Assembly: GCA_964016885.1 (NCBI GenBank)
Contig: OZ024740.1
Coordinates: forward strand, 229,028,001-229,092,000
From: Eledone cirrhosa
Taxonomy: Eukaryota
Length of the DNA stretch: 64,000 bases
Direction of reading: 5' to 3'
Shown: piece by piece, positions 25,333 through 39,066 of the stretch
Layout of the letters: each line of letters opens with the position of its first letter
Position numbering within the stretch: the stretch's first letter is position 1
Position numbers and translations under genes: made by a program
Notes under the pieces: model-generated
Database searches by the model: none
What the model was told of the DNA's origin: nothing
The model's input: the letters and a program-made list of their open reading frames with translations, nothing else

Positions 25333-26769
25333 GTATAGGCATATGTATATATATACACACGTATAGGCATATGTATATATATATACACATGTATAGGCAT
25401 ATGTATATATATATATACACACGTATAGGCACATACACACACATATACAAACTAAGAATAGTTTATTACATTTGCATATACAAAACCATATAGATATACG
25501 GGAGGACGCCATCCGTGTAATTTATGCTCGGAGGAAACATTACAAATGTTGTTTTCGACGGACCAACTCCTAAGCAAGAAAGACGAACTGGTAACTGCAT
25601 GCAAACACAGATTGCGTAGGAGTTACCTCGCCCTCAAACCCCATAATGACCCGGGGGAGGGGGGTAGACAAGGGCTGTAACACCCCACTTGCCGACTTTG
25701 TAATGGGTAACCTCTGCTTGCAAAGGTAGACGTAAGATTTTCTTATATATTTTTTATCGTCTCCTCTATATTTCCTTCTTCCCCCCATCCCTTCCTCGTC
25801 CTTCCACCCCAGATCTCCTTCTTTGTCGTCGTCCTTTTCACTTTCTCGCCCACCCCGAGGCAGCCCTTCGGTCCTTTGTAGCCTCAGTACCCCCACCCCC
25901 ATCCCTTATTCTATGATAGAATTCGCCGACTCCGCTTTTTATAAAAGATGTGATAGACCCCAGATACTTGCTTTCTTCTCTGATTGCTGCCCCATTTCCG
26001 TGTTTTCTAGATTTCTTAGTGGTATCTCTGCTTTAGTTTCTCGTATATCAGTATTTTTTTTGGGGGGGGGGGGGATTCTGAATTAATTTTTCGTATTAAA
26101 TTTTTCATATATATTGTACAAGCATTTATGTAGTTTGTATAAGAATTTATGTATTGTAGCAGTACTCATATATATCGTATTAGTATTCATTTTCAGGATT
26201 CTGAATTATTATTTCGTATTAGTTTCGGGTCTCTGAATTATTATTTCGTATTAGTTTCGGGTCTCTGAATTATTATTTCGTAGTAGTTTCTTTAGTATTT
26301 TGGCCCCCTACTTGTTGACCTGTCACTGTAAGATAGATTTGGACGAATCTCGTATTTAGTATTCCGTCCCACCTATTAAACTTTTCTATAGTTTAGCAGT
26401 ACCAGTGAGAGACTTGATGATTGTGGTAGGGGAATAGTAACCAGAAATTGTTGTTTTTTTTTGTTTTTTTTAAAATATTTTTAACATTCTTATTATTCTT
26501 CTATATATTTACTCCATATTGATTTACTTATTGTTTCGACTTCCTCCCCCTCCCCCTCCCTAGTATACTTCTCTTGACATCTTATCCTTAGGATTCTGCT
26601 GTAGTTGGCACTATCAACGCACAGCTGGGTTTCCTCCACTCCCTCTCCCTCTTTCTTCTACTGGCAAGTTCAGCTACCCCTTCCTTCCACAAAATGCCAT
26701 GATAGAATTATGTGTCTCAACAACTTTTGACCAATCCTTGTGACAATCACTTTTACCATATATGGAATT

Positions 26770-26852
26770 ACCCCCTGAGAAGCTCGGCTATTCATGTACC
26801 AGGATAAAAATGTTCATTTAGTCCAGAATTAGCCGTCGGGGTCCTACTCGTT

Positions 26853-26854
<2 letters not shown>
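26770..26854 (+). mobile_element. Family A fragment retaining probable HHR 5' half, with GAAA/stem III deleted
   Basis: ACCCC-CTGAGAA...TAGTCCAGAATTAGCCGTC-GGGGTCCTACTCGTTCC|TA; the deletion falls between two AGCCGTC direct repeats. Confidence 0.55.
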
Positions 26855-26895
<41 letters not shown>

Positions 26896-27143
26896 TATGA
26901 ATAAAGAGTTCAAAACTCAGGCAGTCGTTTACAATGAAATAGCTCAAAGAAAGAAGTATTTCTGAGCCGTGTTTTGAACTCTTTATTCATAGTATCACTG
27001 CTCTTTATGTTGAGCTAACTTTAGCCCCATATAAACGGCTGTTATTTCTAGCAGCACGAGTATGCGGCAGCTAGAAACTGAAAAACCATGTGCGTTAATC
27101 AGTCTTTTTAAATATTTTGAAGTGAAACATACCAATTTTTCAG

Positions 27144-27282
27144 GGTACTTACTGAGGAGATCTGATTGCGGTATTTTTTCACCTTTTTCACTTTTTCATT
27201 TATCGAAACATATTTGGATTTTAAAGTTTAAACTTATCTACGGAACAGGTTTGATTTTGAAATTTAAATTTGTCTAAGTACC
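27144..27282 (+). ncRNA. Type I hammerhead ribozyme (copy 1), extended stems II/III
   Basis: Stem I GGTACTTA/TAAGTACC, core CTGAGGA (27152), stem II closed GAT/ATC, GAAA (27205), ~25-bp stem III, GTC cleavage triplet 27272-27274. Confidence 0.8.
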
Positions 27283-27688
27283 ACGGCTATTTGCCAATAT
27301 GGTTTGTTTTTATTGATTTATTATTTTAAATCGAGACAGGCAAACTGTATTATTGTAATTAGTATTTTTCAATCTAGCTAACTTAGTCATTTACAATACA
27401 AACACTGATATGTTGGTATCTGTGTTTATCATATATATTAATTTATATTACCTTGTATTACACGGCTCAGAAATACTTCTTTCTTTGAGCTATTTCATTG
27501 TAAACGACTGCCTGAGTTTTGAACTCTTTATTCATAGTAGCACTGCTCCTTATGTTGAGCTAACTTTAGCCCCATATAAACGGCTGTTATTTCTAGCAGC
27601 ACGAGTATGCGGCAGCTAGAAACTGAAAAACCATGTGCGTTAATCAGTCTTTTTAAATATTTTGAAGTGAAACATGCCAATTTTTCAG

Positions 27689-27827
27689 GGTACTTACTGA
27701 GGAGATCTGATTGCGGTATTTTTTCACCTTTTTCACTTTTTCATTTATCGAAACATATTTGGATTTTAAAGTTTAAACTTATCTACGGAACAGGTTTGAT
27801 TTTGAAATTTAAATTTGTCTAAGTACC
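27689..27827 (+). ncRNA. Type I hammerhead ribozyme (copy 2)
   Basis: Same motif 545 bp downstream; GTC at 27817-27819. Confidence 0.8.
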
Positions 27828-27998
27828 ACGGCTATTTGCCAATACGGTTTGTTTTTATTGATTTATTATTTTAAATCGAGACAGGCAAACTGTATTATTG
27901 TAATGAGTATTTTTCAATCTAGCTAACTTAGTCATTTACAATACAAACACTGATATGTTGGTATCTGTGTTTATCATATATATTAATTTATATTATCT

Positions 27999-28139
<141 letters not shown>

Positions 28140-28157
28140 GCATATATATATATACAC

Positions 28158-28264
<107 letters not shown>

Positions 28265-28496
28265 TATATATATATATATGCGTGTGTGTGTAATTATACA
28301 TGTATGTTTGCATGTAAGTATGTATATATGCATGCATGTATGTATGTCAGCCATATCTGTGAATATAACAGCATTTAAAAAAATATTTAACACAGGCTGA
28401 CGGGCGATGCAAGCTATGTGGAATCTCGTTTCCTGTGCTTTAGTGAAGATCACATCCCTTCACCTACCCACAGATATAATATACCTATACACACAT

Positions 28497-28852
28497 ATGG
28501 TGGCTGCCAACTCGTTTTCGAGTACGGCCACTACTTTATATCCATGTAGGAGAACCCCTACCGATGCGCTGAACGAGTGTGACTTTTTAGTCCAGCCAGC
28601 GACTTGAAAACTCTGGTACAAACACTACACTTGTGACAATTATTGACACATAGTGCTGGGCCCATGGTACCATGTGACGACAAGTGCAGAGAGATCTCCA
28701 GATATAAAGCAATGCCTGTGCCGTGAAGCTTTTATAGTGAGCAAAGGCACTGCACAAAGCCAGTCCCACTCTCTTAACCAAGATGATATTTACCAAAAAG
28801 AAGAACAAGTCAACATCATTGGATACCATCAGGGTTGCAGGTGTTATATCAG
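28497..28852 (-). mobile_element. Element H 3' part fused to RTE coding fragment
   Basis: 3' ~355 bp of H joined to 28851-29280 at an AG microhomology. Confidence 0.75.
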
Positions 28853-29280
28853 TTCTTTGCCATCCTTGCTGCGAAGCGGTGTCACCAGAGAAGAAGACGG
28901 TCCATAAATTTCACGCAAGAGGCTGTACGACAGCTTTGTGTTATTGGAATCTGACGCAATTTGTATCTCATCAGCCTTCTCACTCCTCCACTGATCCTTC
29001 ATCTGAGAAAGACTCCGCCTAACACGTGATTTTACATCCTTGAGTTCCTCATGCAACGTATTCTTCTCATGTGGTTTTGCCGTCAAGTAGCGTGACAGAG
29101 CACGCCTCTTATCAGCCAACAAGTCTTCTATATGTACATCATTCTCATTAAACCAGTCCTGATCTTTTCTCTGCACCAATCCCAGAACACGCCTGCCTAC
29201 ATCATAAACCGACGTTTCAAGGGTCGGCCAATCCTCACCAAGATCTTCAACCTGCATCTCTTCTTGCAATGTCCTCTTCA
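28851..29280 (-). mobile_element. Inverted RTE coding fragment (linker region)
   Basis: KRTLQEEMQVEDL...QDWFNEND...TPLRSKDGKEL; about 215 bp overlap the start of the plus-strand RTE with several mismatches. Confidence 0.85.
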
Positions 29281-31594
29281 GGAGAGGAATACGTTGCATG
29301 AGGAACTCAAGGATGTAAAATCACGTGTTAGGCGGAGTCTTTCTCAGATGAAGGATCAGTGGTGGAGTGAGAAGGCTGGTGAGATACAAATTGCGTCAGA
29401 TTCCAATAACACAAAGCTGTTGTATAGTCTCTTGCGTGAGGTTTATGGACCGTCTTCTTCTCTGGTGACACCGCTTCGCAGCAAGGATGGCAAAGAACTT
29501 CTTCGTGACTCACAAGGAATTCTACGAAGGTGGCGAGAGCACTTTGATGATCTTTTGAATCAGCCGTCTGTCGTCAGTGAAGATTTCCTCAATCTCATTC
29601 CAGAAAGTCCTGTGAAAGTAGCTCTCGCAGAACCTCCGACGCTTGTGGAGGTTGCAGTGGCTATTTCGAAGCTGAACAGTGGAAGATCTCCAGGTATGGA
29701 TGGCATACATGCTGAGCTCCTACAATATGGTGGTGAGAGACTCCTGCAACATCTTCACTCCTTGTTTGGCAGGATATGGGCTAATGAATCCGTACCTGAG
29801 GACTGGAGAGATGCAGTAATGGTGGTCTTGTACAAGGGAAAGGGTAACAGGAATGATTGTGGGAACTACAGAGGTATATCATTGCTTTCTGTCGTAGGGA
29901 ACGTTTTATGTAGGGTGCTTCTGAACCGTCTGCTGACACACATTGCAGATTGTGTTCTTCCTGAAAGTCAATCTGGTTTTCGTGCTGGACGCGGCACTAC
30001 TGATATGATCTTCTCAGCTAGACAGCTCCAGGAGAAGTGCATGGAACAAGGTAGGATCTGTATCAGGTACTGTTAACAGAGATGCATTATGGAAGGTTCT
30101 CCAGAAACTGGGTTGCCCTGATAAGTTCCTTGCTTTAGTTAGGTCTTTCCATGACGACATGAAGGCTTGGGTTAATGTCGGAGGTATCATGTCGGAGCCT
30201 AGCTCAGTAAAAAATGCAGTGAAACAGGGGGATATTCCAGCACCGACCCTGTTTGCCATATACTTTGCAATGGTTTTCTGTATTGCATTCAGGAATTGCG
30301 AGCATGGTGTTTACATCCGATATCGAACCTCAGGCAGCATATTTAACATCAGGCGCTTTGCTGCAAAGACAAAAGTATTTACATCAATCATAAGAGACCT
30401 CTTGTATGCAGATGATTGCGATCTTGTAGCGCACACAGAGAGTGATATTCAGCACATTTTGAATGCATTTTCTGACGCTTGCAGTGCCCTAGGATTGACT
30501 GTCAATCTCAAGAAAACCGTCGTCATGTACCAACCTGCCCCTGGTAAGCAGTACACTGAACCAAATATCTATGTGTATGGTAAACGACTTGGAGTGGTTG
30601 ATCAGTTTGTCTACCTGGGAAGCACTGTCAATCGATACAGCAACCTTGACAGTGAAATCTCACTTAGGTTTAGGAAAGCAAGTGATGCTTTCGGAAAGCT
30701 AGAAAAACGACTCTGGGGTCGGCGAGACATATGCAGGAGGACAAAGGTAAAGGTGTACAGGGAATGTGTGCTCTCTTGTCTTCTTTATGCCTGCGAGACT
30801 TGGGTCACATATCGACACCACCTTAAGCAATTGGAGCGTTTCCATCAGATGTGTCTCAGATGGATCCATGGCGTTCACTGGAGGGACAACATCAGTGATG
30901 TCGAGATTTTGGAAAGCTCTATGTGTGACAGTATAGAAGCTCTTGTGCTTAAGCAACGACTCCGTTGGAGTGGTCACCTTGCCAGGATGAAGGATTCTAG
31001 AATATAAAAAAACAACTTTTTTATGGAGAGTTGGTTCAAGGAAAACGACCGCCACATAAACCAAAAAAGAGGTATAAGGATTCCTTGAAAGCCTCTCTGA
31101 AAGACGCTAACATCTCTGCTGATACATGGGAAAATATTGCTGCTGATCGTAATAAATGGAGAAAGACTGTATATGAGGGGAAAGTTGCCTTTGAGGCATC
31201 TCGAATCGCATACGAGAAAGTAAAGCGGGATGTGAGGAAGGGCGTTGCTGTTGCATTTCCAGACGACGAAGGTCCTCCTATGGTGCTGACATGCAGCGTC
31301 TGTGCGAGACTCTGCCTAAGCAAAGCTGGACTCGAAAGTCATCTTCGCAGTCATAAAGTAAGACCAGTGGTTGACTACCAGGTTGCTGTTGGAGATGCTA
31401 CTCATCATGCTTGCCAAACATGTGGTAGAGAATGTAAATCACCAGGAGGGCTCAAGCGACATGCAAAAGTACACGAACTCCAACCACAGCCGACTATTTC
31501 CAGTGAATGTTTTGGTTGCCGACTCTGTGCAAGACATTTTAGATCATTGGCTGGGCTAAAAAGCCACATTCGATCGCAGCGTTGTTAGTTGCTA

Positions 31595-31633
<39 letters not shown>

Positions 31634-31960
31634 GATATGTTTATGTGTGTGCGTGTATGTGTATATATATATGTATATGTATATTATTATTGTTGTTGTC
31701 GTTATTATTATTGTAAACCCCCACTGTCCCTGTCTTTGTATTGTCCCCTACATGTCGGCCCTGGTGGCTAATAAATGAAATCGTTATTATTATTGTTGTT
31801 ATTATTATTATTATTGTACCAGTAATGCACTGGGTATTTGCTGGCCTTGTGCCTAAAAGTAGAAACAATTATTATTATTATTGTTATTAATATATATATA
31901 TATATATTTTTTTTTCGTGCAATGGCCATACTCGATAACGAGGGGGCAGCCATCATGTAT
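29281..31960 (+). mobile_element. RTE-clade LINE, 5'-truncated, disrupted RT ORF with three C-terminal C2H2 fingers
   Basis: Motifs SPGMDGI, NYRGISLLS, ESQSGFR, VKQGD, LLYADD, FVYLGS and RLRWSGHLARM. Frameshift at ~30065 and stop at ~31005. The 3' end GCCATACTCGATAACGAGGGGGCAGCCATC(ATGT)n is separated from the ORF by later insertions. Confidence 0.9.
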
Positions 31961-32012
31961 GTATGTATGTATGTATGTATGTATGTATGTATGTATGTAT
32001 GTATGTATGTAT

Positions 32013-32424
32013 GGGAGAGATGACCCCTTAGCCTTTGTCAAGGCAGAATTCTAGGAGAAGGAAAACTCTGATATAACACCTGCAACTCTGATGGTATCCA
32101 ATGATGTTGACTTGTTCTTCTTTTTGGTAAATATCATCTTGGTTAAGAGAGTGGGACTGGCTTTGTGCAGTGCCTTTGCTCACTATAAAAGCTTCACGGC
32201 ACAGGCATTGCTTTATATCTGGAGATCTCTCTGCACTTGTCGTCACATGGTACCATGGGTCCAGCACTAAGTGTCAATAATTGTCACAAGTGTAGTGTTT
32301 GTACCAGAGTTTTCTAGTCGTTGGCTGGACTAAAAAGTCACACTGGTTCAGCGCATTGGTAGGGGTTCTCCTACATGGATATAAAGTAGTGGCCGTACTC
32401 GAAAACGAGTTGGCAGCCACCATG
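32013..32424 (+). mobile_element. Element H, 5'-truncated
   Basis: 3' ~410 bp of H, inserted in the RTE (TATG)n tail. Confidence 0.75.
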
Positions 32425-32679
32425 TATGTATGTATGTATGTATGTATGTATGTATGTATGTATGTATGTATGTATGTATGTATGTATGTGTGTGTATGTA
32501 TGTGCGTGTGTACTACATTGAAGCCAGTTCTCTCTATGAGGTATTCTCTACGTGTGAGTTACCAACATGACTGTGTGTTCGTGTGTTCGTGTGTTCGCTT
32601 CACCGTATACTATCTACATTGTATGTCATTAAGTGACTGCTTTTAAAAGTTTGGAATAATGTCTAGATTGATTGGTGGC

Positions 32680-33830
32680 AGTGATGGTGGGGGTGGTGGT
32701 GGTGATTGTGGTGGTGGTGGGGTGGAGGTGTTGGTGGTGGTGGTGGAGGTGTTGGTGATGGTGTTTGTTGGTATTGGTGGTGGTGGTGGTGGTGGTGGTG
32801 GTGGTGGTGTTGGTGATGGTGTTTGTTGGTAGTGGTGGTGGTGGTGGTGGTGTTGGTGATGGTGTTTGTTGGTAGTGGTAGTGGTGGTGGTGGTGGTGGT
32901 GGAGGTGTTGGTGATGGTGGAGGTGTTGGTGATGGTGTTTGTTGGTAGTGGTGGTGGTGGTGTTGGTGATGGTGTTTGTTGGTAGTGGTAGTGGTGGTGG
33001 TGGTGGTGGTGGTGGTGGTGGTGGTGGTGGTGGTGGTGGTGGAGGTGTTGGTGGTGGTGGTGTTGGTGATGGTGTTTGTTGGTAGTGGTGGTGGTGGTGG
33101 TGGTGGTGGTGGAGGTGTTGGTGATGGTGTTTGTTGATAGTGGTGGTGTTGATGGTGGTGGTGGTGGTGGTGGTGGTGGTGTTGGTGGTGGTGGAAGTGT
33201 TGGTGATGGTGTTTGTTGGTAGTGGTGGTGGTGGTGTTGGTGATGGTGTTTGTTGGTATTGGTGGTGATGGTGGTGGTGGTGGTGGTGGTGTTGGTGGTG
33301 GTGGAGGTGTTGGTGATGTGTTTGGTGGTAGTTGTGATGGTGGTGGTGGTAGTGATGGTGGTGGTGGTGGTGATGGTGGAGGTGTTGGTGATGGTGTTTG
33401 GTGGTAGTGGTGGTAGTAATGGTGGTAGTGGTAGTGGTAGTGGTGACTGTGATGGTATTGGTGGTGATAGCGGTGATGGCGGTAGTGGGAGTGATGGTGA
33501 TGTTGGTGATTGTGGTGGTGATGATGATAGAGGTGGAGGTGGTGGTGTTGTTCGTGGTGATGGTATTGGTGATGGCAGCGGTGGTGGTGGTGGTGGTGGT
33601 GGTTGTAGTTGTTGTGGTGTTGGCATTTTCGCTTGTTCGTATTAACTCTTTAAAACAACAAATGCTACACCAACTAACTGCCAATGCTACACCAACGCCA
33701 CACCACCACCATCACCACCATCACCATCATTTCCACTATCCACATCATCACCACTATAATCAACATTACCACCATCGCCACTATTGCCAACATCTCTATC
33801 ATTACCATCATCATCACCATTACCATGAAT
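32680..33830. repeat. (GGT)n / (ACC)n low-complexity tract; similar tract at 55850-57170
   Basis: Trinucleotide-derived repeats. Confidence 0.9.
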
Positions 33831-33854
33831 GAACGATTGTCAAAGCAATTGGTT

Positions 33855-34035
33855 GCCCTTGCAATCATCAAGTAGAGTCTACTTTCCCTTCCCCAAGATT
33901 GTTGGCCTTGTGCCCCTTGCAATCATCAAGTAGAGTCTACTTTCCCTTCCCCCAAAAATTGTTGGCCTTGTGCCCCTTGCAATCATCAAGTAGAGTCTAC
34001 TTTCCCTTCCCCCCAAAATTGTTGGCCTTGTGCCT
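33855..34035 (+). repeat. Three ~59-bp tandem copies of a SINE family 1 tail
   Basis: CCCTTGCAATCATCAAGTAGAGTCTACTTTCCCTTCCCC..ATTGTTGGCCTTGTGCC x3. Confidence 0.75.
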
Positions 34036-34431
34036 AAATCAAAAACCAATACTATAGATACATCGTCACCTGTGTAAAGACTTCAAGCTAACCTTTCCCC
34101 ACCCTATTTCAAGTACTCTCGGGTCCCAAGTAACAGAGGGTGGGTGGAATAATCGGGTGGGTTAGAATTAGTTGGGGAGGGGTGGAATAATCGGGTGGGT
34201 TAGAATTAGTTGAGGAGGGGTGGAATAAGTGTATTATGTGAGTGGGTGGGGAGGCTGGAAAATCGGTAATTTTTCTATGTTGTCTCCGTTGATTTAAAAA
34301 AAAAAACAGAATTAGTCATTTAGTTTACATCTTAAGACGCCAACCCATCCTATTTATTTTATAACGTATGGGATTTCTAGTAATGCACTTTTTTGTCATG
34401 TATAATGTTTTTTAATGTCTAAAGAAATTTA

Positions 34432-34595
34432 ATTGTTTCTACTTTAGGCACAAGGCCAGCAATTACCCAGTTCATTACTGGTACTTTATTTTATCGACCC
34501 CGTAAGGATGAAAGGCAAAGTCAACCTCGGCGGGATTTGAACTCAGATCGTAAAGGGACGTAACTATGATGGAAAACATGGCGTCCGACCCTCTA
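34432..34595 (-). mobile_element. SINE family 1
   Basis: Same consensus. Confidence 0.8.
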
Positions 34596-35402
34596 AAGAA
34601 AATTAATTGTCGCAGGAATGCTAACACTTAAAATAAAATTTCGTCGGAGATAGATTAGCAAAATTTAATAAGCGGTGGGTTCTGAAAAATTAATAAGGGT
34701 AGCCTGAACCTGATTTCAGATTATCCCTTTACTTTTCATATTACTCTCGTCTTTGACTAGCTAAAATGATAAATTTTAATTTGTTCAACACATGGTATGT
34801 TTATTGCATAAAGCATGTGAAACATAATGGTTATAAGCTAGAAAGAAATAGCTATAACATCTCTTTCATCTAACATTCGAACGTCTGAAGTAAAGAGAAG
34901 GACACGTTAGATATTGGAGTCCTATGTATAAACTGTTTATTTTTTCATCTTTGAAAGCCCCAAACAAGGCGTGAAGTCACTTAGTGTAAGGGATTATGAA
35001 GAAGGAGAAATTAAGAAGAAAGATATGAATTTACTTAAAACTTGAAATAATTCAGCAAATACCAGATCCTGACCGTCTGGGAGGAGTAGTGAGGCCTGAC
35101 TCTTTGTACCAGTCTCATTCGAGATCACTGGTATCCTTGGTCGCCTTCACTGGTGATTTCCTCCGTAAAATCTGAATGACAGCGGCCCGCTTAATGAGGG
35201 AGCCCCGTGAGGTGGAGTGGCTGTTGCAGCGGGTGTCTGATCATTCTCGCGGTAACGCCTTTGCCATTTTGGTCGCGGAGCGCAGATGGGGTCCCACTCA
35301 GACTGGGATGTAGTGTCAGTCGCTCCTTTTCTTTCGTTGCTTCATTCCTTTTTTCTTTTTCTTTTATTTTCATTTCATTTTTTTTTGTTCCCTTTAATAG
35401 TG

Positions 35403-35613
35403 ATTTCTAGTATAGGCACAAGGCCAGTAATTTGGGGGAGGGGAAAGTCGATTAAATCGACCCCAGTACGTTACTGGTGCATTATTTTATCGACCCTGTA
35501 AGGATGAAAAGCAAAGTTAACCTCGGCGAGGTTTGAACTCAGACCGTAAAGGACAGTAACTCTATGCCGCAAAGCATGGTGTCCGACCCTACCGATACTG
35601 CCAATCAATCGCC
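35403..35613 (-). mobile_element. SINE family 1 with 18-bp TSD
   Basis: TTGTTCCCTTTAATAGTG on both sides; paralog of the 1360 insertion. Confidence 0.8.
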
Positions 35614-36280
35614 CTTGTTCCCTTTAATAGTGTGTTGTTTTTTGTATAAACAGTTTTGTAAAATAACGTAACTCAATATTTAGAGGAAAGGGAGGAAAAC
35701 AATGAGATAGAAGAGAATTCCAAAGTCTGGCAGTTCGAGGACAAAGACTATGACTGGAGAAAGACTTCCTTATTCATTGAACCACAACAGCATCTGGATG
35801 AAGACACCGCGAGTTTCGAGTTAGGCAAGATGGTACAAAGTGATCTGGAACCAAAAGATGGCATGGATCACGGATGCAAGGCCTTTGATCATAAGTCTAC
35901 TTTATTAGGCTAACCTGGGGTTATACAACCAACGCACTGTTGAGTGACCATTAAAAAAAAAAAAAATTAGATCCACTTCCATCTAATTCGTCTTTATCAG
36001 TTTTTTTTCAAAAATTGTTCCGACGAACAATTCTAGGCCAGTCAAGTGCTCATTTGGCTTTCTGAATAGAATGTCTAATTTCAAAATTGCTTTGAATGTT
36101 TTAGTAGTGCAGCCTGCCTTATAATGAACCACTTCCTATGCCGCCTACTGCCCATGTCTGTTCTAGGGTTTCCACAAGATAAGGTGTCTCTTAATAAAAT
36201 TTAATAAAAATCATTTTTTTCATGAACAAATTCTTTCTTTAAAACATAAAAAATAGAATTAATGCCGTATTAAGATTAAT

Positions 36281-36471
36281 TGTTTCTACTTTAGGCACAA
36301 GGCCAGCAATTACCCAGTGCATTACTGGTACTTTATTTTATCGACCCCGTAAGGATGAAAGGCAAAGGCAAAGTCAACCTCGGCGGGATTTGAACTCAGA
36401 TCGTAAAGGGACGTAACTATGCTGGAAAGCATGGCGTCCGACCCTCTACCGATACTGCCAATCCACCGCCC
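36281..36471 (-). mobile_element. SINE family 1 with TSD TATTAAGATTAAT
   Basis: Same consensus, TSD visible. Confidence 0.8.
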
Positions 36472-36483
36472 TATTAAGATTAA

Positions 36484-37468
36484 TCTATATATATAAAACT
36501 GTGGTTGTCTGTCTGTCTATCGATTTTTGGCACACATCTCCTCTTAGAATCTCTGACGGAATTGCACCGAAATTGCTATACTTGTACATTGAGCCCTAGC
36601 GAAGACATCGGAAAAAAAATATTTCAAATTGACCCACCCTATGTGACGAAATCGAATATAATGTATCGATTTTTGAGCGTAAGTTATCAGTTATTTCCCT
36701 TTGTTCTGTTTACATTGAGCGTCTTACGTAAAAAATTACGCTGGCTTTCTCAGCATTTAAAATGACATTAACACAATACACGAACAGTTGTCGAGCCAGC
36801 AAAATATTGACCTGCAAAATTCATCAGTTCGAACACTAAGCTTCCGTTTTGCTTCATTTCCATTTAAAAGCATTTTAAAACAATATTTTTACTTGAAAAC
36901 AAGTCTATTTAAAGACTACGTAAAACAAGCAAATATTTCGTCGTTAGGCGTGCAGACAGACAGTCGTGCAGACAGACAGTCGTGCAGAGAGGTGATATAC
37001 GCGTGCAGACAGATAGTCGTGCAGAGAGGTGATATAGGCGTGCAGACAGACAGTCGTGCAGAGAGGTGATATAGGCGTGCAGACAGATAGTCGTGCAGAG
37101 AGGTGATATAGGCGTGCAGACAGACAGTCGTGCAGAGAGGTGATATAGGCGTGCAGACAGACATAACTGATAATTTGGTTACGCTAATGTTTTTCTCTGC
37201 GTTGCAGTGTTTACATTTTCGATCTTTGTTAATAAATAACCAGTGCAGTTTCTATCCCCAGCATCCTCTTTTGTTATAACATTCGGGTTATCGTTATGTT
37301 TTCTTAACTTCATAAGGCATATTGTTGGTTGAGGGAATATTAATCAAAAACACCACATGCAAGTCTGCACAGTAGACACTACAGTTTTTAAGCCAAAAAA
37401 GAAACTTAACATTGTAACTTTAACACAGCTACTGAGCGACCCCGAGCAACGCCGGGCTTTACTTCTAG
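36484..37468 (+). mobile_element. Non-autonomous Helitron with internal ~37-bp minisatellite
   Basis: Starts TC and ends CTAG, with a subterminal hairpin CCCG-AGCAACGC-CGGG. Inserted between A and T. Tandem GGCGTGCAGACAGACAGTCGTGCAGAGAGGTGATATA at ~36947-37163. Confidence 0.8.
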
Positions 37469-38123
37469 TGTCTTATAAAATTGTCCACAAAACATAGGTA
37501 GAGTTGTCACGGTGTTTACAAAATCATATAAGGGTCCTGCGACAAAATAAGCTTAAAATTGCTCAAAATTATCGACGACCTTTTGATCAGCTAGTTTATT
37601 GTCCAAGATCTTTTGCCCAACTAGGAATTATTCTTCATATTTATTATTTTTTAGAATTTAAACACCACAAGAGAGTGTTTTCATTCGTTCAATTGATATG
37701 GGTAATTTCAATTGAGTGATTATTTTTTTCCACACGCTATATTAAACTTGCAAGACCCCATATAGATTCTCTTACGTAGGTTAATGGGGAGTGGCAAGTG
37801 GGAGGCTAGGACTCTGTAAATGTCAGAGTCGCGAGCTGTACTCCTCGCGTGCCTCACTAATTAGAACAAAACAAATTAAATACTTTAATAATTGGTGATG
37901 CTAATTTTAGTAACAGCCTGATTGTTAATTAAAAGTTGTAATTAAAAAGAAAGAAAGAAATAAAGAGAAAAAAGAAACAAAATAACAACAGCGACGACAA
38001 CAACAATGACGACAACAACAATGTTGGCGGCAACAGAATGTATTGTCCGCTATTTGCACCACCAAACCTTACCACCAACAACACTACCGTCACGAGATTC
38101 TCCCCCACCACAACCATATAGTG

Positions 38124-38175
<52 letters not shown>

Positions 38176-38290
38176 CGGTGGTGGTGGTGGTGGTGGTGTT
38201 ACGGTGCCTCCGTGCGATAACCCGAACAGATTGATGTGACCAAGTTTCCACTAACATTTCAGAAAGTGAAGTACACATTGTATAATATTT

Positions 38291-38407
<117 letters not shown>

Positions 38408-38445
38408 GATATATATATATATATACACACATGCATACATACATA

Positions 38446-38490
<45 letters not shown>

Positions 38491-38641
38491 ATATATATAA
38501 ATATATATATACCAAATGTAGAAAGGTAACACACGAGTTGATATATATAAACACAAATAGTAGAAAGGAAAAAGTTTCTTTCAGTAGAAAATGTTGAAGA
38601 GATTCTTTTCAGTGAGATATCAAAACATTAATTTATTTACA

Positions 38642-39066
38642 TGGCAGTATCGGTAGAGGCTCCGACATGCTTTCCAGCATAGTTACGTCCCTTTATGATC
38701 TGAGTTCAAATCCCGACGAGGTTAACTTTGCCTTTCATCCATACAGGGTCGATAAAATAAAGTACCAGCAATCTACTGGGTAATTGCTGGCCTTGTGCCA
38801 AAAGTAGAAACAATTAATTTATTTACAATACCGGTTTCAGCATTAACTGCATTGTCAATTGCGGATATGCAGAATAGTGTTAAGTTGCATATTTGTACAA
38901 ATAGTGATAATAGTAATAATAATTGTTTCTACTTTAGGCACAAGGCCAGCAATTACCCAGTGCATTACTGGTACTTTATTTTATCGACCCCGTAAGGATG
39001 AAAGGCAAAGTCAACCTTGGCGGGATTTGAACTCAGATCATAAAGGGGCGTAACTATGCTGGAAAG
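38642..39066. mobile_element. Two SINE family 1 copies, tail-to-tail
   Basis: 38642-38815 (+) and 38921-39066 (-). Confidence 0.8.

Noticed and set aside
25510-26760. GC-richer unique stretch, possibly a decayed LINE 5' region or exon
   Set aside because: No recognisable motif in any frame.
27062-27822. Duplicated 71-aa ORFs in the 545-bp unit
   Set aside because: No recognisable protein; they overlap the HHR and are duplicated only because the unit is.
32629-33875. Pro/Thr/His-rich ORFs (also 55643-57345)
   Set aside because: (GGT)n/(ACC)n low complexity with no domain or splice evidence.
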